This document shows, piece after piece, positions 18,949 to 28,220 of a DNA stretch of 38,944 bases. Under the pieces are notes generated by a model. The model saw nothing but the letters and a program-made list of their open reading frames with translations. It did no database searches and was not told where the DNA came from. This stretch comes from Solirubrobacteraceae bacterium (lineage in GTDB: Bacteria; Actinomycetota; Thermoleophilia; Solirubrobacterales; Solirubrobacteraceae). The translations under genes were made by a program, and so were the position numbers. The stretch is taken from positions 1 to 38,944 of the forward strand of contig DATFDC010000489.1 in assembly GCA_035252415.1 (NCBI GenBank). Reading direction: 5' to 3'. Every line of letters starts with the position of its first letter. Position 1 is the stretch's first letter.

Positions 18949-19372
18949 CTACGTAGTCGCCTCGATCCGGCGCCCGGTCACCGTCCAGGCCCGGATCCGC
19001 ATCCAGTGCGGCTTGGGTCCCGGCGCCCCAATCGTCCAGTCCGACCTGCTCGAGCCGTCGGATCTCACCCCGATTGGTGATCTCCTCGGAGCGGCCGACG
19101 ATGATCACGCTCCATCCGGTTCGCGATGCTGGATCGATCCCGTCGATCTCGAACGCCGCGTTGGCCTCGAGCAGCAGCGCGTGCAGCTTGGATCCGGCGG
19201 CGGTTCGGAACACGGCCGACTGCGACCGCTCGTCGAACACGTAGTTGACCGGCCGTATGACGGGTGTCGCCATGGTCACCGCCAACCTGCCGAAGTGGTG
19301 CGCAGCGAGCAGGCCCAGACAGTCGTCCCGGGACAGGACGCGCATTTCGCTGGTCGGAGTCGAAGTGGTCAT
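18949..19372 (-). pseudogene. Pyridoxamine 5'-phosphate oxidase-like flavin-binding protein with +1 frameshift (or sequencing error)
   Basis: LSRDDCLGLL, GRLAV, PVNY, FRT..GSKL, AFEID, GWSV; removing one G from the GGGG run at 19026-19029 restores WAPGPKPHWMRIRAWTVTGRRIEATT*. Confidence 0.8.
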
Positions 19373-19728
19373 ACGGTCATCTCCGCGGGCGTGGCCGGCG
19401 AGGGCACCCCGTCCTCGATGTAGCTCATGATCGCCGCGCTCAGGCCGAGGTCGATCGAGACCGAGCCGCCGGCCAGGGTGAGCCGGGTCGCGTCGCTGGT
19501 GATCTCGGCGGTCCAGCCGTGCAGGTCGACGTGACGGAGGGCCTGACGGAGAACAAGCTCCACGCGACCGTCACGGTCGAGACATACGGCCGGCCGGTCG
19601 AGCTCGAGCTCCAGCTCGGCCACCACGTCTCGCACCGTGCCTGCTCGCAGCCGCTGAAGGTTGCGGTCGATCTCCGCGGCCACCGGCGCCAGCATGAGGT
19701 CCCTGCGGTCCTTCGGATGGATGGTCAT
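19369..19728 (-). CDS. Conserved hypothetical protein (119 aa)
   Basis: AAAGGAG RBS before ATG 19728 (MTIHPKDRRDLMLAPVAAEID...); ATGA overlap with the PNPOx-like gene. Confidence 0.75.
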   Translation of the reverse strand: MTIHPKDRRDLMLAPVAAEIDRNLQRLRAGTVRDVVAELELELDRPAVCLDRDGRVELVLRQALRHVDLHGWTAEITSDATRLTLAGGSVSIDLGLSAAIMSYIEDGVPSPATPAEMTV

Positions 19729-19852
19729 CGCCTGTTCTCCTTTGAGAGGTTTGGCCTCCATCCAATCTCTTCTCGAGCTCACCCGGATCGGGTGCTCGGC
19801 CCACTCCCGAGCGTAGTTTTCCGCAGTCCGGATGGCCATCACCCGCATCCAG

Positions 19853-20035
19853 GAGCCCCTGTCTGAGCTTGACCCGGGCATCGTGCAGCGTCTTGTAGAG
19901 CGCGCCGGGCGTGGAGTGGAGGCGAACGGCCAGGCGGTTTGTCGGCACCTCGTCGATCGCCATCGCGAGCAACACCTCTCGCTGGTGGGGGGTGAGCTTG
20001 TCGGCGATCAGGCGGGCGACGGTCAGCGCGAGCTC
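19853..20035 (-). pseudogene. Isolated ECF sigma region-4 fragment, paralogous to 30611..31231
   Basis: LALTVARLIADKLTPHQREVLLAMAIDEVPTNRLAVRLHSTPGALYKTLHDARVKLRQGL matches 47 of 60 aa of the C-terminus of the full sigma (manual alignment); no nearby in-frame start. Confidence 0.8.
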
Positions 20036-20118
20036 GATCCCGCCCGCGCACCGGAGGCAATCCAGCGCTACGGATCGACGCCGACGCCTCCATGCCGACC
20101 GTCGTGTGAGACCAGCGC

Positions 20119-21810
20119 TCAGCGGGCTGGTCGGCCCGTTGCCCGGGGGCGACGCGCGGGCGCGTCCAGGGAATCGACTGGGATCATGACCTGAACGCAC
20201 GTGCCCTCGCCGGGACGGGTGGCAACCTGGAAGGTTCCGCCGAGTGACTCCACGCGCATCGCGACCGACGCCAGGCCGACGTGGCCCTGGTCGAGCGCCT
20301 GGCGCGGACGGGTCGTGTCCATGCCGCGGCCGTCGTCGGCCACCTCGAACACGATTCCCTCCTCGGTTCGGCGCAGGGTGATCGTCACGTGACGGGCCTG
20401 GGCATGCTGGACGACGTTGCTCAGCAACTCCTGCGCCAGTGAGACGATTAGCTGGTCGCGCAGGCCGCTCGTGCGTGGCCTGACGTTCAGGCTCGCCTCG
20501 AACCCGCCGCGCCGCTCGTGAAGGTCGGCGATCGCCTTGAGTGCCGACGCCAGTCCGCCCTGCTCGAGCGTCACCGGATGCAGGGCGACAACGGCGTTGC
20601 GCAGCTCGCCGATCGCGCCGACGATCGCCTGCCTCGCCTGCGCAGCCGGATCATCCTGGTTTTTCGCTGCGGGCTTCAGCTTTGCCAGGTCCTGGCGGGC
20701 CGCCAGCAGGCTCTGCAGCACCTCGTCATGCAGCAGCTGGGAGATCTGCTCGCGGGTGCGGTCCTCGGCGTCGAGCGCGTCGGCCATGATCCGTCGGCGG
20801 GCGTCGGCCAGCTTGGACACCTGCTCGGCGAGCTCAGCGATCTCTCGGTTGCGTTGGCGCAGCTCCTGCTCGGCGTCGTTGCGCTCGATCGCCAGCCCCA
20901 GAGTGTTCGCGACCGTGTGGAGAAAGTTGGCGTCTTCCTCGGTGAACGTGCGCCGGGAGCGCGTATGAGCACCCAGCACGCCCCACGGCTCGGTTCCGCG
21001 CCGGCGGTCCCGGCCGTGGATGACAACCGCAAGTCCGCTGATGACGCCGTGCTCGAGCAGGAGCGAGGGCGCGCGGAAGCGCCGCTCGACGCGCATGTCC
21101 TCGACCACGACCGGCTGATCGCGCGCGACCGTATACCCCGCCAGCGATCCGCGGCCGGTCTCGACCGTCGCGGTGCCGACCACTCCGGCTCGCAGCCCGA
21201 TCCCCGCCCGCAGGCGCAGGCAGTCGGCGCCGGGGTCCAGCTCCAACGCCTGCGCCAGATCGACGTCCAGCGTCTGCGCAACCAGGACGGTCGCCTTCTC
21301 GAGCAGGCCTTGCAGCGGACCGCCGCCGAGCGCAAGCAGGCCAAGCTCGGCCAGCGCTGACTGCTGCGCGGCGCGGCTGCGCAAGAGCTCGGTGTCACGG
21401 CGCCGCTGGCGCACGTCGATGAACACCACGATCGCGCCCACCCGCTCCTCGTCCTCGTACAGCGGCGCGATCGTCTGCGCGACCTCCAGGGGCGCGCCGT
21501 CCTTGCGCCAGAACACATCGTCCAGCTCCTGACCGGCGGTGCCCAGCGCGAGCGCGCCATGCAGTGGACAATCCTTGAGCGCGAACGGCGACCCGTCGGG
21601 ATGCGAGTGATGGATCGTCTTGTGCACGTCCGCGCCGAGTAGCTCGCCGGCGTCCCAGCCCAGCAGCTCCTGACCGGACGGGTTGACGTAGGTGAACCGG
21701 CCGTCGAAATCGACGCAGTAGATGCCGACTCCAAACGCGTCGAACACGGACGCGACGTCCGAGACGCCGCGCTCCAGGATCGCCGGGATCTTCAGCAGGC
21801 GCTCGGGCAC
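20119..21810 (-). CDS. PAS-GAF sensor histidine kinase (HisKA_3)
   Basis: PAS (DGRFTYVNP, HHSHPDGSP, FWRKDG), GAF, QLLHDEVLQ H-box, ELLSNVVQH, DDGRGM. Confidence 0.92.
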   Translation of the reverse strand: MPERLLKIPAILERGVSDVASVFDAFGVGIYCVDFDGRFTYVNPSGQELLGWDAGELLGADVHKTIHHSHPDGSPFALKDCPLHGALALGTAGQELDDVFWRKDGAPLEVAQTIAPLYEDEERVGAIVVFIDVRQRRRDTELLRSRAAQQSALAELGLLALGGGPLQGLLEKATVLVAQTLDVDLAQALELDPGADCLRLRAGIGLRAGVVGTATVETGRGSLAGYTVARDQPVVVEDMRVERRFRAPSLLLEHGVISGLAVVIHGRDRRRGTEPWGVLGAHTRSRRTFTEEDANFLHTVANTLGLAIERNDAEQELRQRNREIAELAEQVSKLADARRRIMADALDAEDRTREQISQLLHDEVLQSLLAARQDLAKLKPAAKNQDDPAAQARQAIVGAIGELRNAVVALHPVTLEQGGLASALKAIADLHERRGGFEASLNVRPRTSGLRDQLIVSLAQELLSNVVQHAQARHVTITLRRTEEGIVFEVADDGRGMDTTRPRQALDQGHVGLASVAMRVESLGGTFQVATRPGEGTCVQVMIPVDSLDAPARRPRATGRPAR

Positions 21811-21814
21811 ACGC

Positions 21815-22459
21815 TCACTCCAAAAGCCCGGTCCGCATCGCCTGGGCCACCGCCGCCGCGCGATCGGTCACGCCGAGCTTCTCGTAGAGGTTCTGGAGAT
21901 GGCTCCTAACCGTTGCAACCCCCAGCTGCAGCTGCTTGGCGATCTCCGGCGCGGTCAGCCCGTCCGCGGTCAGCGCCAGGACCTGCCTCTCACGTGAGGT
22001 GAGGATCGGCCGCTCCACGACCTCACGGCGACGGATCTCGCCAGCCAGCCCGGTCTGGCACTCCTCGGCGATCACCACCTGTCCGCGCGAGACCGCCGCC
22101 ACGGCGTCCAGGATCTCGTCACGATCGGCCTCCTTTGACAGATAGCCGGACGCGCCACCCGCGATCGCCCGGTAAACGAGGTCGCTGTCGAGGTGCGCCG
22201 ACAGGAACACGATCCGTGTCTCGAGCCCATCCCGCTTGGCCGCAGTCAGCACCTCGAGCCCCGACAGCCCAGGGATCCGCATGTCGATCACGGCCACGTC
22301 CGGCTGCAGCTCCTGCAGATCGGCAAGCGCCTGGCGTCCGTCGCCCGCTTGCCCGACCAGCTCCAGCTCCGGACGGAGCTTGACCTCCTGGACGATCCCA
22401 CGCAGGAACATCGGATGGTCGTCCGCCAGGTAGACCCGGATGCGCGCTCGCAAAGGCAT
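21815..22459 (-). CDS. NarL/LuxR-family response regulator, cognate of the PAS-GAF kinase
   Basis: ADDHP, IDMRIP, LTSRERQVL HTH, LYEKLGV; 4 bp from the kinase. Confidence 0.95.
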   Translation of the reverse strand: MPLRARIRVYLADDHPMFLRGIVQEVKLRPELELVGQAGDGRQALADLQELQPDVAVIDMRIPGLSGLEVLTAAKRDGLETRIVFLSAHLDSDLVYRAIAGGASGYLSKEADRDEILDAVAAVSRGQVVIAEECQTGLAGEIRRREVVERPILTSRERQVLALTADGLTAPEIAKQLQLGVATVRSHLQNLYEKLGVTDRAAAVAQAMRTGLLE

Positions 22460-22462
22460 CCC

Positions 22463-22722
22463 CTACGCCGCCACCGCGGCCCCGTCGACGCGGCGAGGAT
22501 GCAGCGTCTCGCGCGCAATCACCAGCCGCTGGATCTGGATGGTGCCCCTGCACAGCTGCTTGATCATCGCGTCGCCCATTGCCTTTGCACCGCGTGCTCG
22601 ATGAAACCGTAGCCGTCGCGCACCGGCACCGCGTCGACTTCGACATCCATCGCGGCGTCGGTGGCGAAATCGCATGCCAGCTCCCGCAGGCTGACCTGCC
22701 CCTTGCTCAGGATGACTTCCAC
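22463..22722 (-). pseudogene. Acyl-CoA dehydrogenase relic with large internal deletion and frameshift
   Basis: AAGGAG RBS plus GTG 22722: VEVILSKGQVSLRELACDFA (ACAD N-terminus-like) joined to TDAAMDVEVDAVPVRDGYGFI; a shifted frame gives DAMIKQLCRGTIQIQRLVIARE (ACAD C-terminal signature). Confidence 0.8.
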
Positions 22723-22992
22723 CGCGCTTATTCGCTCCTTCAGGTGAGCTCCGGCTTAGTGTGGCGGGCATCGCCGCTCGGCGGCATCCCACCGCCGCGG
22801 GATCACACAGAGCGGAGGCTCTCATGCAGTTACCGGGTCTTGAGCCTCGTAGAACGGGGACTCCTCGCCTGGGAACGGCGTGCCGTCGAGCCGTCTTGCG
22901 CCAGCTTCAGCCGGAAGCTCGCGGATCACAGGGCGCCCGAGCCGTAGGTGCCGCGGCCGGCGGTAGCGGGCTTGCTACTTTTCATAGCGAGC

Positions 22993-23511
22993 ATGGGTAA
23001 AGTCCACGAAACTTCGAGTACTCGGCGTGGGGCGACGGTCGACACGCTCGCCGCCGCGCTGGAGCGGGAGCACCGCGAGATCGACCGCGGGATCGAGGCC
23101 TTCCTCGTCGGACAGGCCGATGGGCAACCGCAGACGGAGTCGCTGACGTGGGCGATCGAGGCGCTGCGCCGGCACATCTTCCTCGAGGAGGAGTTCCTGT
23201 TCCCGCCGCTTCGCGAAGCCGGACTTGTGGCGCCGATCTTCGTGATGCTGCGAGAGCACGGCGAGATCTGGGACGCGCTGGACGCCGTCGCGGCCGAACT
23301 GCGAGCGGGCGCTGCGCGTAGCACCGTGGACGAGACCTGCCGTGCGCTGCTGGCGCAACTCGAGCGGCACAACTCCAAGGAGGAGCCGATCATCTACTCG
23401 CAGGCCGACGCCGTGCTGACGGCCCCAGCGAGCGCCAGCCTGAAAGCGTTCCTGGCCGCGGGTCGCATGACCGAGGGATGGGTGTGCGCCCGAGCGGGCG
23501 TGGGCCGCTGA
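22993..23511 (+). CDS. Hemerythrin/HHE cation-binding domain protein
   Basis: LEREHREID, LRRHIFLEEEFLFP, MLREHGEI, HNSKEEPIIY; start uncertain. Confidence 0.88.
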   Translation: MGKVHETSSTRRGATVDTLAAALEREHREIDRGIEAFLVGQADGQPQTESLTWAIEALRRHIFLEEEFLFPPLREAGLVAPIFVMLREHGEIWDALDAVAAELRAGAARSTVDETCRALLAQLERHNSKEEPIIYSQADAVLTAPASASLKAFLAAGRMTEGWVCARAGVGR

Positions 23512-23512
23512 G

Positions 23513-24451
23513 TCAGCGCCGCACCCGCGGCCGTTCTCCCGCCGCGGGTTGGTGCTCGCCGGCACCACGCGACCCGTCCCCGCCGGCACCGAGTGTCAGC
23601 TCGGGTGCCGGCGGCAGTTGCTCACGGGTCGGCCGCGGCGTCCGATTACCGTTCTCGACGTCCCCGTCGTCTGTGCGGACCGATTGGTCGGCGCCCTGCA
23701 TCGCGCCCATCATCGGCTTGATCAGGTCGATCGGCATTGGGAACACAATGGTCGAGTTCTGCTGGCCGCCGATCTCCCCGAGCGTCTGCAGGTAGCGCAG
23801 CTGCAGCGTGACGGGGTTGCGGCCGATCACATCAGCGGCCTCGTCGAGCTTGGCCGCGGCCTGGAACTCGCCCTCGGCGTTGATGACCTTGGCGCGGCGC
23901 TCGCGCTCGGCCTCGGCCTGGCGGGCGATCGCGTGCTGCATCCGCTCGGGGATCTCGACGTCCTTGATCTCGACTATCGTCACCTTGATTCCCCACGGCT
24001 CGGTCTGGTTGTCGATCACGGCCTGCAGCGATTCGTTGAGATGCTCGCGCTCGGCTAGCAGCGTGTCCAGGTCGACGTTGCCCAACACGGAGCGCAGCGA
24101 GGTCTGGGCGATCTGTAACGTGCCGGCGTGGAAGTTCTCGATCTCGTTGACCGCCTTGGAGGGGTCGATCACGTTGTAGTAGGCGACGGCGGTGACGCGC
24201 GCGGGCACGTTGTCGCGGGTGATGATCTCCTGCGGCGGCACCGTGAGCGTGACCGTACGCAGACTGACGCGCACCATGCGATCAAGCGTTGGGATCAGCA
24301 GCACCAATCCTGGACCGCGCGGCTCGAGCAATCGGCCGAGGCGAAACACGATTCCGCGCTCGTACTCTCGAAGCACCCGAACCGAGCTGCCCAGTGCGCT
24401 GAGCGCGATCACGAACAACACTACGATGACGATGATGATGGCCGTAAGCAT
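23513..24451 (-). CDS. SPFH/stomatin (slipin) family protein
   Basis: [49 protein letters not shown]. Confidence 0.95.
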   Translation of the reverse strand: MLTAIIIVIVVLFVIALSALGSSVRVLREYERGIVFRLGRLLEPRGPGLVLLIPTLDRMVRVSLRTVTLTVPPQEIITRDNVPARVTAVAYYNVIDPSKAVNEIENFHAGTLQIAQTSLRSVLGNVDLDTLLAEREHLNESLQAVIDNQTEPWGIKVTIVEIKDVEIPERMQHAIARQAEAERERRAKVINAEGEFQAAAKLDEAADVIGRNPVTLQLRYLQTLGEIGGQQNSTIVFPMPIDLIKPMMGAMQGADQSVRTDDGDVENGNRTPRPTREQLPPAPELTLGAGGDGSRGAGEHQPAAGERPRVRR

Positions 24452-24928
24452 CTAGATCAGCTCCCATTCTTCTGCCGGGCGCACTGACAGCGTCAGTCCG
24501 GTCAGGCGCTCGACTACCACGTGATCGCCGGCGTGCAAGCCCGACACGGGCTGCGCGTCCACGGTCACAATCCGGCGCGCCTGCCACACCGCTCCGCGCA
24601 GCAACACAGTACCGCCGGAGTCAGTCCAGCTACGGACCACGCCAATCTCTCCGATCAACCCCTCGGCGCCGGTGCGCACACGCCGTCGGCGAGTGGACAG
24701 GCCCTGTTTGACGGTGAACGTCACAGCTCCCGCTCCCACCGCTGCCAGTGCGACGGCGCCGATCAGCCCCAGCGTAACCCCGGCCCCCAGTCCCTGGGCC
24801 GCCAGTACCACCCCGACAGCCATCGTCAGCACCCCGACGCCGCCGGCCACGCCATGCGTGGGATAGTGGGCCTCGGTAGCCACGATCACGGCTCCCGCGA
24901 CCAATAACACCAAGCCGAGCACCGCCAT
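24452..24928 (-). CDS. NfeD family membrane protein (short form)
   Basis: Hydrophobic N-terminus, TGAEGLIGEIG, GAVWQAR, OB-fold C-terminus; adjacent to SPFH gene. Confidence 0.88.
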   Translation of the reverse strand: MAVLGLVLLVAGAVIVATEAHYPTHGVAGGVGVLTMAVGVVLAAQGLGAGVTLGLIGAVALAAVGAGAVTFTVKQGLSTRRRRVRTGAEGLIGEIGVVRSWTDSGGTVLLRGAVWQARRIVTVDAQPVSGLHAGDHVVVERLTGLTLSVRPAEEWELI

Positions 24929-24931
24929 GGC

Positions 24932-25219
24932 TTACTCCTCCGCTCCACGGTTGGCAGGCCTTGGCGTGGTGCGACTCGCCGGCTCCATCGTCCGGCGCTT
25001 CGCCATCGTCGCGGCCTTCGTGCCGGCCTCGATCCTGACTCGGTCGGACAGCGGCGCGCTACCAGCCTCCGCGGCGAGTTCCACTGGCCCGGTCTTTGCG
25101 GTCAAGATCACAATGTGCTTGACCTGGAACTCGACCGGCGATTGGTTCGGATCCACGTCCCGCGTTTCCGCCGGAATCAGGGCGACCGTCGGCCGGTTGT
25201 ATGCAACTGAACCCACCAT
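24932..25219 (-). CDS. Hypothetical protein (uncertain)
   Basis: ORF ends 3 bp before the nfeD start and supplies its GGAGG RBS; no recognisable motif. Confidence 0.3.
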   Translation of the reverse strand: MVGSVAYNRPTVALIPAETRDVDPNQSPVEFQVKHIVILTAKTGPVELAAEAGSAPLSDRVRIEAGTKAATMAKRRTMEPASRTTPRPANRGAEE

Positions 25220-25467
25220 CGAAGAGCTCCGTCGACTCGTTTAGTCCTCCTGCGACGGCGAGCCGCACCTTTCTTACCTCTCGCTCACCGCAACGAGCCA
25301 CGATTCCCGCAGCAAGACGAACCGACCGCGTCAGGGAAGCATCGACAACATCCTCGGATGGCGGCGCGAGCGGCTGGGCCACGACCCCAGGTCGATGACC
25401 GTCACCCAGCGACCACCGGTCGGTCAGGTGCCGCGACGTAGACGACGCCGACAGCCCAGGGCGGCGC

Positions 25468-25938
25468 TCACCCCGCGACGGCGGCGGCCGGCTCCGGCAG
25501 GTCGGTGCGCACGGCCACGTTCATCCGGTTCCACACATTGATCGCCGCGATCGCCATCAGCAACAGCACGATCTCCTTCTCATCGAAGGCTGAGGTCACG
25601 GCGTCCCATACCTCGTCGGAGACCCCGTCCTGGCTGATCAGCGTGACCTGTTCGGCAAACGTCAGCGCGGCCTGCTCGCGCGCACTGAACAGCGCGGGAG
25701 CCTCACGCCAGGCCGCGATGAGATCGATCTGCCGCTGCTCGACGCCCTCCTTGCGGGCCTCGGCCACGTGCATGTCCAGACACCAAGCGCAGTGGTTGAT
25801 CTGCGAAGCGCGGATCTTGACCAGCGAGAGCAGCCGTTCGTCCAGGCTGCCCGAGTGAACATATTTCTCCAGGCCGAGCACGGCCTTGTAGGCGTTCGGA
25901 TCGACGTCGGGGATAGACATTCTTTGTGTCGCAGACAT
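25468..25938 (-). CDS. CMD/AhpD family alkylhydroperoxidase-like protein (YdfG type)
   Basis: LVKIRASQINHCAWCLDMH, INVWNRMN; GAGGAG RBS. Confidence 0.92.
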   Translation of the reverse strand: MSATQRMSIPDVDPNAYKAVLGLEKYVHSGSLDERLLSLVKIRASQINHCAWCLDMHVAEARKEGVEQRQIDLIAAWREAPALFSAREQAALTFAEQVTLISQDGVSDEVWDAVTSAFDEKEIVLLLMAIAAINVWNRMNVAVRTDLPEPAAAVAG

Positions 25939-26133
25939 GGCACTGCTCCTCGAAGGCTGTTAGTTGCTGTTGGCCACAGGACGCCGCGACGCCGCCCAAG
26001 GCTCGCGACCCGAGTGGCTACAACCAGCATAGTTCGCCGGCACGGGGGCCCAGACGGGCGCTCGGTGCGCGGTTCCGTTGATCGGCCCCGTCGGTCAGGC
26101 GTCTGAGCGACGAGCTCGCTCCGAGCGCTCGGC

Positions 26134-26421
26134 CTACTGGATGGCGGTGATGAGCAAGGGGCGCGTGCCGGAGGGAGTGCTGACCTCGACCAGATCACCG
26201 ACCCGGTGGTGAAGCAGCGCGACGGCGACTGGCGAATCGACCGACAGCGACCCCGACTGGGGCTCCGCCCGCTCGGACGAAACGAGCCTGAACGTCTGAT
26301 CACGTCCACTTCGCCGGTCGGTGAATGACACGGTGCTTCCGAACAGGATCTCGTCGGCGGCGGCCACGCCGGTGTGATCGGCGACGGTTGGGGTTGGGGT
26401 TGGGGTGTGGCTACTTGACAT
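26134..26421 (-). CDS. GreA/GreB C-terminal-domain-only protein
   Basis: FGSTV, FRLVS..AEPQSGSLSVDSPVAVALL..RVGD.VEVSTPSG; no N-terminal coiled coil; GAGGAG RBS. Confidence 0.8.
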   Translation of the reverse strand: MSSSHTPTPTPTVADHTGVAAADEILFGSTVSFTDRRSGRDQTFRLVSSERAEPQSGSLSVDSPVAVALLHHRVGDLVEVSTPSGTRPLLITAIQ

Positions 26422-26809
26422 CAAAGGCTCCTCATGGGTTCTTCACAGCGGACGAGCCTGCGCAAGCACTGAACCCGCCCTACTCTTGAATTTCGTCAGC
26501 GATCGCAGCCTTAGCAAGGGCCGCTGTCCGAGAGATGACCGCCAGATCGTCTGGACGGCTCGGCCGCGTTGTTCTCCCGCGGCGTGGCTGGGGACGGTGA
26601 GGACAGCGCTTCCGACGAGGGCCGTGACGAGCTACGAGCAACGCGACTTCCTATACCCGCATGAGGCGCACCCCGCTTCAGATCGACGAATCGTGGGATG
26701 GCGGTCGCACGGCCTAACGTTCATCGTGTACAGGCATCGCGTCCCGTGCCGACCGGGACGCAGATGGCAGGAGTGGACCCGAACCGCAGGCGCGTCGCCG
26801 AGGCCGAGG

Positions 26810-26836
26810 TGTCAGTACGCGCAAACGTGATCGTCT
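26810..26836 (+). promoter_or_regulatory. Candidate ECF41-like promoter for the CMD gene
   Basis: TGTCAG-N16-CGTCT about 30 nt upstream of the CMD start; spacing is 1 nt shorter than at 4411. Confidence 0.4.
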
Positions 26837-26867
26837 TACCCTGATTCCGACCGAAAAGGAGGCCCAA

Positions 26868-27263
26868 GTGCCCGATGACAGCCTGTACCCGACTGCAAGC
26901 AGCGAACTGGGAGCGCGCCGCAAGGCGGCGGCGCCCGAAATACACGACGCGTTTCAAGCCTTCAGTCGGCAGGTGTTCGCCGAGGGAGCGCTGCCGGAGA
27001 AGACCAAGCAGTTGATCGCCGTCGCCGTCGCACACGTCACCCAATGCCCCTACTGCATCCGCGGCCACACACGCCTGGCCCAGCGCAAGGGCGCCACCGA
27101 GCAGGAGATCATGGAGGCGATCTGGGTCGCCGCCGAGATGCGGGCCGGCGGCGCATACGCGCACTCGATCATCGCGCTCGATGCTCTCGCCGGCAAGAAT
27201 GGCGACCAGCGGGGCGGGCATGCTCACGTGTCGCACGCTTCCACATCATCCGACAAGGAGTAG
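26868..27263 (+). CDS. CMD/AhpD family protein
   Basis: GALPEKTKQLIAVAVAHVTQCPYCIRGH, EAIWVAAEMRAG; AAAGGAGG RBS. Confidence 0.92.
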   Translation: MPDDSLYPTASSELGARRKAAAPEIHDAFQAFSRQVFAEGALPEKTKQLIAVAVAHVTQCPYCIRGHTRLAQRKGATEQEIMEAIWVAAEMRAGGAYAHSIIALDALAGKNGDQRGGHAHVSHASTSSDKE

Positions 27264-27712
27264 GGATGCTGTGCGGCACCCTCTAGACGAGCCCAAGGGA
27301 AGCGGCGAGCTCCCCGAGGGAGAACGCGTAAGAACTTCAACGGCCTGCGCCGTTTCCTTGCCGTGTCAGGTCTCGACGATGATCCCGCGGGCGCGCTCGC
27401 GCGCTGGCGGCGCGACGCCGGCCTTCTCTACCATCTGCTTTTGCGGGCTCGAGGAGCGCGGCGCGATCGGTCCACGGGCGCGCTGATGCGCTCAGGCGCC
27501 GGGATCGCTCACAGCCGGATCGTGCCGTAGCCGTCGATCACCGAAACCGACGGCCGCCCCACCCCCTCGGCCTCCAGGTCACTAGGTCATCCGCGAACCG
27601 TTCGCGCAGAGTGCCGTACTCGTGCGCGTCATCGCGGTAGACGATCACCGCGTTGCGTAGCTGGCGCAGATGCTGCAGCGCAGGCGTCGAACGGACCGTG
27701 GCCCAGCGTCAC

Positions 27713-28198
27713 CTACGACGCCGTGTGCTTGGAGCCTGGCGACTCCGTCAGTGCCGCCATCAGCCTGCGGCGCTCGGTGTCCAGGTCGATGAACGCGCGC
27801 GCGAGACGCTTCTCGCCCTCCTCGGTCACCCGCAGGTAGCAGACGCGCCCGTCGCGCGCCGACGGCTCACGCGTGACGAGGCCGGCCTCCTCGGCGCGGG
27901 CGACCAACTCGGTGACCGTGTGCTGCGCGAGCTGCAGGCGCTCGGCCAGCTCGCCGACCGTCGCGCGCTCGCTGCCGTCCGGGGACCCCTTGATCATCAA
28001 GAGCAGCAGGTACCGCCGCGGCGTCAGTCCGCGTTCGAGCCCGATCTGCTCGCTGGTGCGCTCAAACCGCCGCAGCGACGCGCGAAATGCGGCCGTGGCC
28101 CGGACAACCTCCGGGGAGAGCTGCCGGAGCCCACCTCGCCCTCGCCGACCCGCGGCGGTGGACGATCCACCGCGTGCCTTGGTTGCCTGTGAGCCCAT
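27713..28198 (-). CDS. MarR family transcriptional regulator
   Basis: FRASLRRFER, LTPRRYLLLL, TVGELAERLQL, DGRV..LRVTEEG winged helix. Confidence 0.9.
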   Translation of the reverse strand: MGSQATKARGGSSTAAGRRGRGGLRQLSPEVVRATAAFRASLRRFERTSEQIGLERGLTPRRYLLLLMIKGSPDGSERATVGELAERLQLAQHTVTELVARAEEAGLVTREPSARDGRVCYLRVTEEGEKRLARAFIDLDTERRRLMAALTESPGSKHTAS

Positions 28199-28201
28199 AG
28201 T

Positions 28202-28220
28202 TACATCGTATCACGATCTA
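28202..28220. promoter_or_regulatory. Imperfect palindrome, probable MarR autoregulatory operator
   Basis: TACATCGT-ATC-ACGATCTA, 3 bp upstream of the marR ATG. Confidence 0.6.

Noticed and set aside
26386-26408. GGTTGGGGTTGGGGT short tandem repeat (G-quadruplex- or telomere-like)
   Set aside because: Explained by coding for the TPTPTP linker on the minus strand
27363-27530. 55-aa plus-strand ORF (VSGLDDDPAGALARWRRDAG...)
   Set aside because: No RBS or recognisable motif; cannot be supported without a search
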